From: Polyangiaceae bacterium
Lineage (GTDB): Bacteria > Myxococcota_A > Polyangia > Polyangiales > Polyangiaceae
Direction: 5' to 3'
Assembly: GCA_965222375.1 (NCBI GenBank)
Contig: CBDCTZ010000011.1
Coordinates: 192,001-256,000, forward strand
DNA length: 64,000 nt
The position numbers were made by a program, and so were the translations under genes. The notes beneath the pieces are model-generated. The model made no database searches. It worked only from the letters and a program-made list of their open reading frames with translations, and was not told the DNA's origin. Of the stretch, positions 37,921 to 45,619 are shown in pieces (the first letter of the stretch is position 1; each line of letters opens with the position of its first letter).

Positions 37921-38400
37921 GCGTGGGCGTGAGCGTGAGGGCGGGAGCGGGCGCGAGGGGGGGCGCGAGCGCGAGGGCGAGCGCGGGCGCGAGGGTGGGA
38001 GTGGGCGCGAGGGCGAGCGCGGGCGCGAGGGCGAGCGCGGACGCGAGGGGGGGCGCGAGCGCGAGGGCGAGCGCGGGCGCGAGGGTGGGAGTGGGCGCGA
38101 GGGCGAGCGCGGGCGCGAGGGCGAGCGCGGACGCGAGGGGGGGCGCGAGCGCGAGGGCGAGCGCGGGCGCGAGGGTGGGAGTGGGCGCGAGGGCGAGCGC
38201 GGGCGCGAGGGCGAGCGCGGACGCGAGGGGGGGCGCGAGCGCGAGGGCGAGCGCGGGCGCGAGGGTGGGAGTGGGCGCGAGGGTGGGAGTGGGCGCGAGG
38301 GTGGGAGTGGGCGCGAGGGCGAGCGCGGGCGCGAGGGCGAGCGCGGACGCGAGGGCGAGCGCGGGCGCGAGGGCGAGCGCGGGCGCGAGGGCGGAGCCGA
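37921..38400. repeat. G-rich hierarchical tandem repeat (18-bp subunits in a 90-bp higher-order unit)
   Basis: CGCGAGGGGGGGCGCGAGC recurs at 37952, 38042, 38132 and 38222. Confidence 0.92.
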
Positions 38401-38573
38401 GAGTCAGTTAGCCGGGTGACCGTGGAGCTTTCCGCTGGTGAGTCTGATTCTGCCAGCGGGCTCGGTCGGTTCAAGGCCTTCGCCGGCTTCGCCGGTGGCT
38501 GCTGCGCAGCCAGCCTTGAGCCGACCTCGACCCGCTGGCGGTGGGGTGGTTTGTGTTTTGAAAGGAACTCACC

Positions 38574-38897
38574 ATGCTCCGTATCTATCCAGTCAGTATT
38601 CAGGTGGCTCGTGAAGTTCGGCCGTTGGCAGACCGAATAGCTCGCTTTGACCGAGCCGCCTCTGTGCAACTCCGCAAGTCTCTCGGCTCCATCGTCAACA
38701 ATCTCGCGGAAGGCTCAGGTTTGAGGGCAGGGCGGCGTCGGCTCGCCTATGAAATCGCGCTGGGCGAGGCGCGGGAAGCGCTGGCAACTCTCGAATTCGC
38801 CGAAGCCATGCGTTACGCGCCACCGGTGTCTCCCGAGTTGCGCGCTCGCTTCAACCACATCATCGGCACCCTCGTCAGAATCGTGCACCGCCCCTAG
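38574..38897 (+). CDS. Four-helix-bundle protein (23S rRNA IVS protein / Avd-like family)
   Basis: Strong RBS GAAAGGA; LRIY, QLRKS..SIVNNLAEG, IALGEARE. Confidence 0.88.
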   Translation: MLRIYPVSIQVAREVRPLADRIARFDRAASVQLRKSLGSIVNNLAEGSGLRAGRRRLAYEIALGEAREALATLEFAEAMRYAPPVSPELRARFNHIIGTLVRIVHRP

Positions 38898-39215
38898 ACG
38901 CTCGCGTGCACTAGTTCGCTCACGACGCGTCCGTTCTTAAGCAGCCAGGTTCACCAGCAGCGCGACCGGGGCCGGGGCTGGCCGGGGCCGGGGCTGGCCG
39001 GGGCCCCGGAGCGAGGGGGCGCGGCGGGGAAGCTTCCCCCGCGAACTGTACCTAGCGAAGCTCCGCGCGAGGCACGCGGAAAACAGGTCGCACGCGTGCC
39101 CCAATGACTCCGGCGCCATGGGATCGAGCGTGCCCACGCATAAACATCACACGTGCACCAACTCGTCCACGACGCGTCAGCTCTTTAGCAGCCACCTTCA
39201 CCAGCTTGTCACGCT

Positions 39216-39731
39216 CTAGAATTGGCACTCGGCGACGCAGCTCGTGAAGATGCAGTCGCCGATGGCGTCGTCGAGGGCCTGAGCGGCGGGATGGGAGTTG
39301 TAGCAATTGTCCACGCAGGGGTCCTCGTTGCAGGCGTCGATGCATTTGGTCAAGGCGGCGCAGTCGGCGTTGGCGTTGCATGCGGCGATGGGGGCGGCGC
39401 ACTTCGCGGCGACGCAGTCGTCGCAGGGATCGCCGCTGGTGCCCGGGGCGCCACCGGCTCCGGCGCCGCCGAAGGAGTTTCCGCCCGCACCGGGGCTGCC
39501 GCCGCTTGAGGCCCCGCCGAGGTTGGAAGCTCCGCCTGAGGCGGTGGACCCACCACTGGCAGTGCCGCCGGTCGAGCTACCGCCGCTGATGCCGGAGGCT
39601 CCGCCGATGGGGGTGCCCGTCGGTGCGGTGCCACCGCTACCTAGCGTGTCGTCGGCTCCGCTTGCGCATCCGGAGATGGCGAACGCGATCGTCAACCATC
39701 CGATTCCTTGTCCTGGAAACGTGCGTTTCAT
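39216..39731 (-). CDS. Gly-rich lipoprotein with Cys-rich C-terminal domain
   Basis: ISGC lipobox; CDDCVAAKC...C...DC...CID.C. Confidence 0.8.
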   Translation of the reverse strand: MKRTFPGQGIGWLTIAFAISGCASGADDTLGSGGTAPTGTPIGGASGISGGSSTGGTASGGSTASGGASNLGGASSGGSPGAGGNSFGGAGAGGAPGTSGDPCDDCVAAKCAAPIAACNANADCAALTKCIDACNEDPCVDNCYNSHPAAQALDDAIGDCIFTSCVAECQF

Positions 39732-39745
39732 GATCCCGGACGACT

Positions 39746-39760
39746 GCGAACCGCATGCCA
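39746..39760 (-). promoter_or_regulatory. sigma54 -24/-12 promoter
   Basis: TGGCATGCGGTTCGC (GG-N10-GC); predicted +1 near 39734, ATG at 39731. Confidence 0.65.
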
Positions 39761-39937
39761 ACCCACGTCTCCCAGCGCCTGTCTCGATTTGCAGCGTGGG
39801 TCGAGCAGTGATGTCCGGACACCCGCAACCCGCGAGGTGTCTTGCGTCCGGACCGGCGGGGCCAAGCCGATGCGATCAGAACGAAATGAGCTGGTTATTG
39901 CCGTCGAAGGGCTTGGCCCAGGTTCAGATTCAGGCTG

Positions 39938-39952
39938 CGGTACGCCGGTTGC
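39938..39952 (+). promoter_or_regulatory. sigma54 -24/-12 promoter
   Basis: CGGTACGCCGGTTGC (GG-N10-GC); predicted +1 near 39964, ATG at 39967. Confidence 0.6.
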
Positions 39953-39966
39953 AGAGGCATTCCAGC

Positions 39967-41070
39967 ATGAGCAACTCGGATACATGTTGGCTTGCGGCAC
40001 TCCTGGGGCTTTCGATGCTGACCGCCGCGTGTAGCGGTGAGGCTCCGGGACCGGTCGCAGAGCTTCCGAATTCGCATAGCGGGACTCATGTCGTCGGGGG
40101 AGCGCCGGCGAGTTCGAGCGAGCTGCATTCGACCGTCGCCATTTGGTGGCACGAATCCAAGTCTTTCGGCTGCACGGGCACGCTGGTCGCGCCCAAGGTC
40201 GTGGTTACTGCGGCCCATTGCGTGGCGGTCGAGGACTACAACTACAAGCTGGTCGGTTGGGAGGCTCCGGAGAGCATCGGAGTTGTCGCGGGAGTCCTCG
40301 ATGCGACCTCGCCGCCGGCGGAGGCTATCTATCCGGTTGCCAAGGTCGTCGGGCATCCCAAGTACGGTGACTTCGGCCAGATCGATGCAGACGGATTGGG
40401 GCGCGACGAGGACATCGCTGTGCTCGTTCTTGCTCAGCCCGTGACGGTGCAAGCGCCGGCTCCCGTGGTCGGGTTGGCGAACGCAGATGACGTGCTCAAG
40501 CCAGATACGCCCATCGTCGTGTCGGGCTACGGCGTCAGCAACGAAAGCACCAACGCCGAGGGTGTGCTCAACATTGCGTCGACACCGTATCAGCGCCGAA
40601 ACGACGCCGAGTTTCTCGCTGGCAGGCCCGGAATGCCGGACTCATGCTACGGCGATTCGGGCGGCCCCGCCTACGTCGGAGTGGGAGGCGTTTTGCACTT
40701 GGTCGGCGTCACATCCCGCGGCAGCGGCGGCGCATGCGGCAGTGGCGGCATCTACACCTTCGTGCCGGGCTACGAAGACTTCCTGAAACAGGCCGCAGGC
40801 GGGCTCTACCCACCCTCGACACCCCCGAAGCAGCCCGATCCGGCGCCGGACCCCGGCACACACCCGGGCGCAGAGCCAACGCCGGAGACTCCAACGCCCA
40901 CCCCCGGTGGAGCCGAGCCGCCGGCATCTCGAGCCCCGTCCGAGTCCCAGGGTTCCTGTGCGTTGGCTGCCCGATCGCCCGCAAGCAACGGCTCTCTGGC
41001 TTGGCTGGCACTGGCGCTCTTGGCCGCCTCCCGCCGGCGCAAGCCGCGCTCAGTCGAAGATGGCGACTAG
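39967..41070 (+). CDS. Trypsin-like (S1) serine protease with MYXO-CTERM-like tail
   Basis: VVGG, CTGTLV, TAAHC, DIAV, CYGDSGGP; GSCAL...WLALALLAASRRRK. Confidence 0.92.
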   Translation: MSNSDTCWLAALLGLSMLTAACSGEAPGPVAELPNSHSGTHVVGGAPASSSELHSTVAIWWHESKSFGCTGTLVAPKVVVTAAHCVAVEDYNYKLVGWEAPESIGVVAGVLDATSPPAEAIYPVAKVVGHPKYGDFGQIDADGLGRDEDIAVLVLAQPVTVQAPAPVVGLANADDVLKPDTPIVVSGYGVSNESTNAEGVLNIASTPYQRRNDAEFLAGRPGMPDSCYGDSGGPAYVGVGGVLHLVGVTSRGSGGACGSGGIYTFVPGYEDFLKQAAGGLYPPSTPPKQPDPAPDPGTHPGAEPTPETPTPTPGGAEPPASRAPSESQGSCALAARSPASNGSLAWLALALLAASRRRKPRSVEDGD

Positions 41071-41835
41071 CTGCTCCGTGAAACCGACCAGAGCCCCCTC
41101 AGCGTTGTGCAAGTGGCCGACACAGGTGTGCATGCCGTCCTTGCCAGCCACGGTTTCGTAGCTAAAGCGAAACCACTGCTCGAAGTCCTTCGGCACCAAC
41201 AGGATGTGCGCTGTCCAGCTGACGGTGCTGGCCAACGCTGGGGAATTCAGGACGGAGAGGGATGGGCTCGGCCACATGTCGAGGAGCCCGAGCACGCCCT
41301 CGGCTCCGCCCGCGGGCACGCGGAAGCGGCAATACCCGTCCAAGCGCGCTTGGTCTGCGCCGGTGAAGGGCGGGCTGCCGGTAGCCCAGCGCAAGGCAAT
41401 GTGTTGAGTGAACTCTGGTGTGATGCCCGCCAGGTAGGGCATGTCGGGCAGGGTTTCGGGCTGTGGTCCTGTGAACGGAGCCAAGCCGGTGACTGGAGCG
41501 CTGCCTTCACGGGGCCGAACGAAGACCAAGTTGGCGAGCGCGGTCTCCTGGCCGTCTTGGGCCAGCGCGGCCTGGACGAAGCTCGTCGACTTGCCTTCCC
41601 GGACCACCCGGACCGAGCCGGTGACCCGGCCCGGCGCCGTGGGTCGTAGCAGTTGGGTATTCGCCGTTCGTAGCTTGCGGTCCGGCGACACCACTCGGCG
41701 ACCCAGTGCCGCTAGGGCCGCCGCGCTCAATCCGCCAAAGACGGAACGCCCCTGCAGCCAACCTGCAGGCATCTCGAATTGCCAAACGTCGCTGGTCTCG
41801 CTCCAGAGCTCGCGGAGGCCCGCGTCAAAGTGCAT
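41050..41835 (-). CDS. Acyl-CoA thioesterase, double hotdog (TesB-like)
   Basis: WLQGRSVFGG, VREGKS, LLDMWP, STVSW. Confidence 0.85.
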   Translation of the reverse strand: MHFDAGLRELWSETSDVWQFEMPAGWLQGRSVFGGLSAAALAALGRRVVSPDRKLRTANTQLLRPTAPGRVTGSVRVVREGKSTSFVQAALAQDGQETALANLVFVRPREGSAPVTGLAPFTGPQPETLPDMPYLAGITPEFTQHIALRWATGSPPFTGADQARLDGYCRFRVPAGGAEGVLGLLDMWPSPSLSVLNSPALASTVSWTAHILLVPKDFEQWFRFSYETVAGKDGMHTCVGHLHNAEGALVGFTEQLVAIFD

Positions 41836-41900
41836 GCGCAGCTGTATAAGGAGTCCGAGTGCGGTGGCAAGAGTGTTGGCCCCACCACACCGCGCGCTGC

Positions 41901-43370
41901 TCAGTGCACGGCGATGGATGGATGCACCAGCCGAGACTGCCCAGACTGGGAGTAGATCGGCTCACCCACCCAGCCTGAAGCAGACTTCGTCACGTAAATG
42001 AGTACGTTCGAGTCCGTCTTGCCCTCTGAGATCACCGCGTGCACCTTGCCTGCTGCGTCTGCAGTGAACGCTGCACCGGAGTGGGGGCCGGGGTGTATCT
42101 GACCTTCGTTCTGCCAGGTCGTGGCCGCAGCGGTCTTTCGCACTAGCTCGATCGCGCTGCCGGCGCGGTGACCTACGATGAACTCGCCTTGAGGCGAGAG
42201 TCCCGCGGATATGAAGCCCGTGTCGTAGGCGTCGTAGCCTGCGCTGCCATTCGCCTTCACCCAGGCTGACCCGCTCCAGCGAGTGAACCCGAATTTGAAG
42301 ACGATGTTTGGCCGCTGCGCGGAATCCAAAGCGATTAGCTTGTACTGCGAGGCTTGCTTGGGTGAGAAGGTGAGCAGCTCGTTGCTCCAGCCTGATGCAC
42401 TGTCGCGAGCATAGTGCAACTGGTAGCCGCCGTGATCGTGGTGAGCAATGTGCGCGTAGCCACTCGAGTCAAAGGTGAGCGCCGGGGCTCCGCCAGGGTT
42501 GGCCACGCCAGTGGGCGGTGTCGTGTCCAGGACCAAGGTGCCTTGCCACTTGGACCCATCCCAAGAGTACCGCTTGAGCGTGGACCCCTGACGAAACGCG
42601 ATTTCTGGTTTCCCGTTGTGCATTGCAATGAAGTGTTTGCCGATTCCTGTGGTGTCCACGCCCGAGTCGATGAGGTCGTACCCGAAAGAGCCGCTCATCT
42701 GGACCCACGAGCTTCCATCCCAGCGTGCGAAGCGCAGCGTCTTCGTACGGAAATGCGAATAGGCCACGTTCGGATTTCCGCTGCTGTCGAGCACCATGTC
42801 TTGAATGGCGTAGGTTGAGCTCTTGCTGGTATTGAGACCCGAATCGATGATGCTCAGCTTCCAGCTCGTGGTGCCTTTTTGCTTCACGGCATGACGCAGG
42901 ATTCCGTAGTAGGAGCCCGAGGGAACCGCAGCGTCGAAGAACAGCACATGAAGGTCGGTGTCCGCCGTAGTCGTTCCCGCGTCCCCAAGTCCGCCGTCCG
43001 AGCCTCCGCTGCCACCCGAGCCCGAGCTGCCTCCCGAACCCGCTTGCCCGGCGCCGCCGCCGAAAGCGCCGAAGTTGCCGAAGCCGCCCGAGGCCGAGCC
43101 GCCACTTCCCGAGCTACCGCCGCTGCCGGTGCTGAGGCAAGCCTCACTGCAGTTGGTCGCACAACAGCCTGAGCGGCAGCGGCGAATGGAGGCCTCGAAT
43201 TTTGAGCCTGGGCACTTGCACTTGATGCTCGGGCAGCTGCTCGCCTTAGTGCAGCTCTTGCTTGTGCAGGTGGAGACACCTCCGCCGCTGCCGGGCGCGC
43301 CACCGACGCCCGAGGAGCTGCACGCCGCGATCAACGCCGCGCCACCCAGCCCCATCCAAATCCGTCGCAT
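41901..43370 (-). CDS. Lipoprotein with Cys-rich N-terminus and beta-propeller-like repeats
   Basis: RBS GGAGGA; IAAC lipobox; repeats like LDSSGNPNVAY and FDSSGYAHIA. Confidence 0.78.
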   Translation of the reverse strand: MRRIWMGLGGAALIAACSSSGVGGAPGSGGGVSTCTSKSCTKASSCPSIKCKCPGSKFEASIRRCRSGCCATNCSEACLSTGSGGSSGSGGSASGGFGNFGAFGGGAGQAGSGGSSGSGGSGGSDGGLGDAGTTTADTDLHVLFFDAAVPSGSYYGILRHAVKQKGTTSWKLSIIDSGLNTSKSSTYAIQDMVLDSSGNPNVAYSHFRTKTLRFARWDGSSWVQMSGSFGYDLIDSGVDTTGIGKHFIAMHNGKPEIAFRQGSTLKRYSWDGSKWQGTLVLDTTPPTGVANPGGAPALTFDSSGYAHIAHHDHGGYQLHYARDSASGWSNELLTFSPKQASQYKLIALDSAQRPNIVFKFGFTRWSGSAWVKANGSAGYDAYDTGFISAGLSPQGEFIVGHRAGSAIELVRKTAAATTWQNEGQIHPGPHSGAAFTADAAGKVHAVISEGKTDSNVLIYVTKSASGWVGEPIYSQSGQSRLVHPSIAVH

Positions 43371-43387
43371 GGCAGTCCTCCCTCTTC

Positions 43388-45484
43388 TCAGTTCGGTAGC
43401 TGGACGCAGGCTACGGCCAGGGTCTGGGAACAAGTGTTCGACTTCTGCTCGATCAACCGGCGGAAGTCCCATTCGCCGGATCTCCCGCTACCTGTCGTCA
43501 GTGTCCAGTCGGCGCAGGTGAGGCCTGCGCTTACCAAGCCGGCGCTCGTAGAGCCGTGCCAGCCGCGGGCATCGTTCCAATCGGGCGTTGCTTTGCCTTC
43601 GTCCACGACCTTACCGTCGAAGGAAAGCAACAGACCTGCGGCCGAGTTCCACGCGGACTGGGTGAAGATTGCGCTCCAAGACGGATACATCACACCGCCA
43701 TTGAGGTTGACCACCGGATAGGATGCCGCAACGCCAGTGACGAGGTCTTTGACGTTCTGAGATCCCGTCGAGAGAAAGGCCTTCCAGGTACCCGTCTGGC
43801 CGGCGGTCGTCGCCTGGGCGGCGCACAGCGCGTCCGCGCCGGGGAGCCCGCCCAGGTTGCCATCGTGAGCTTCGTTGAGCGCCGCGATTTGGATCTTCGA
43901 ACACTGCCCCACGGGCGTCCACGTTGTCTTCGACGTGGCTGGGTCGCATTGCTCGCAGCCCAATGGGCTGACGGCGCCTTGGGCGTAGCACTTGCCGCCG
44001 ATGTAGCAACCGTTGCCCTTGATGGTCCAATCCAATGGGTTGGCCGCGCCGTCGCAGGCCAAGAATGAGCACGCGCTGTCAGGGTGCAGCGCACCGTTGG
44101 GGTAGCAGGAAGTGCCGATGCTGCAGCTCAGGCCTACCGGGGACCAGTCGGTCTTGTTCTTGGTGGGGTTGCACTCCTCGCAACCTCCCGCGTTCTGGTC
44201 TCCGGATTTGCGACAGCTGCTTCCGATCAAACACTCGTTGCCGCTGACGGTCCACTCTGTCGCACTGACACTGCTGTCGCACACGGTCGTGCTGCATGTG
44301 GAACTCGGGTGCTTGTCTTGGTTCTTGTAGCACTTGCTTCCGATCTTGCAGTCGTAGTTGGCCGGCGAATACGCCGTGGTGGATTGAGCCGGATCGCAGG
44401 CAGTGCAGCCATCGCTGGACGTCTCTCCAGCGGGTTTGCAGGTGGAGCCGATCAGGCACTCCCCGCCCTTCACGGTCCAGGTGGATGTGCTGGTGGTCGC
44501 GTCGCAAACCGTGTTGGTGCATGTCGTGCTCGGATGAGGCTCGCCGTTCATGAAGCATGTACTGCCCACCTTGCAGTCGTAGTTCGCGGGTGACCAAGAC
44601 GTCTTGGATTGCGCTGGGTCGCATGCGTTGCAGCGGTTGAGCTGGCGGTCCCCAGCGGCCGCGCAGGTCGAGCCAATCAAGCACTCATTCGCGTTCACTG
44701 TCCAGCTGGAGGTGCTGCTAGTGCCGTCACAGACGACGCCGGTGCAGCTACTGCTTGGGTGAGTTTGACCATTCTTGTAGCAAATGCCGCTGATCTTGCA
44801 GTCGAAAAGCACCTCGGTCCACGCCGTGGGCGACTGAGTGGGATCGCATACATTACAGCCACCGGGATCCTTCTCACCGGCTTCGTAGCACTTGCCTCCG
44901 ATGTTGCAGTCGTTCTTGGCCGGGACCAAGGACGTGACGGATTGGGACGGGTCACAGACGCTGCAGCCGTTGCTGTCCTTTTCGCCGTTGGCGTAGCAGT
45001 AGCCCGAGGTCTGACAGCCATTGGCAATGGCTGTCCAGGAGGTTTGCGAAGACTTCGGATCGCACACCTCGCACTTGCTCCCGTTGTGCTGGTCAGCGCT
45101 GCGGCAAGACCCATCGATCACGCAGTTGTTGGGGCGCACGATGTTCTTGCAGCTACCGTCCGGTGCGCAGAAGTCGTCGGTGCACGAGAGATTGTCGTCG
45201 CAATCGCAGGGCAAGTTCGTGCCTGCGTCACCCGAGCTGCCGCCCGTGCCGCCGCCGTCGGAGCCCCCGGTGCCCCCGCCGCCGTCGTTGCCGCCAAAGC
45301 CCTTACAGGGAAACGTGTCCATGCAGTCGGGGTCCGCGCAGTCGGTCAACGAATCGCCGTCGTTGTCGACCTTGTCGACGCAGGCCGTTTCGACTTTGCC
45401 CTTTGGGTCAGAGCCCGAGTCGGAAGAACAGCTCCAAATGGACGCCAATACGATAGCTACGACGGGGCCAGCGGCTCGATACAT
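43388..45484 (-). CDS. Cys-rich repeat lipoprotein with C-terminal endostatin-like domain
   Basis: Repeated CxIxxxC...CD..S...W units; C-terminal ALN..GAD..C..QA..G.GTWKAFLS..PVVNL..PSW..SFDGK..WHGS..C..W. Confidence 0.85.
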   Translation of the reverse strand: MYRAAGPVVAIVLASIWSCSSDSGSDPKGKVETACVDKVDNDGDSLTDCADPDCMDTFPCKGFGGNDGGGGTGGSDGGGTGGSSGDAGTNLPCDCDDNLSCTDDFCAPDGSCKNIVRPNNCVIDGSCRSADQHNGSKCEVCDPKSSQTSWTAIANGCQTSGYCYANGEKDSNGCSVCDPSQSVTSLVPAKNDCNIGGKCYEAGEKDPGGCNVCDPTQSPTAWTEVLFDCKISGICYKNGQTHPSSSCTGVVCDGTSSTSSWTVNANECLIGSTCAAAGDRQLNRCNACDPAQSKTSWSPANYDCKVGSTCFMNGEPHPSTTCTNTVCDATTSTSTWTVKGGECLIGSTCKPAGETSSDGCTACDPAQSTTAYSPANYDCKIGSKCYKNQDKHPSSTCSTTVCDSSVSATEWTVSGNECLIGSSCRKSGDQNAGGCEECNPTKNKTDWSPVGLSCSIGTSCYPNGALHPDSACSFLACDGAANPLDWTIKGNGCYIGGKCYAQGAVSPLGCEQCDPATSKTTWTPVGQCSKIQIAALNEAHDGNLGGLPGADALCAAQATTAGQTGTWKAFLSTGSQNVKDLVTGVAASYPVVNLNGGVMYPSWSAIFTQSAWNSAAGLLLSFDGKVVDEGKATPDWNDARGWHGSTSAGLVSAGLTCADWTLTTGSGRSGEWDFRRLIEQKSNTCSQTLAVACVQLPN

Positions 45485-45619
45485 GGCTCACTCCTCTGCC
45501 GAAGAACCACCCCGGATCTTGGCGTTTAGATTGTACGCAGGGGCAGAAGCAACCCTGCCTAGATCGGACGAAACACGTAGGAGCGTTCGGTACATGGGCC
45601 TACCTGCATGCACGGTCGC

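Noticed and set aside
38574..38897. Diversity-generating retroelement based on the Avd-like gene
   Set aside because: No reverse transcriptase and no TR/VR pair differing at adenines was seen in the window.
39307..39966. N-terminal extension of the 587-aa trypsin ORF (similarly 18652, 35263, 48760, 53296)
   Set aside because: These extensions overlap other genes or promoters; the downstream ATGs give proper signal peptides or membrane anchors.
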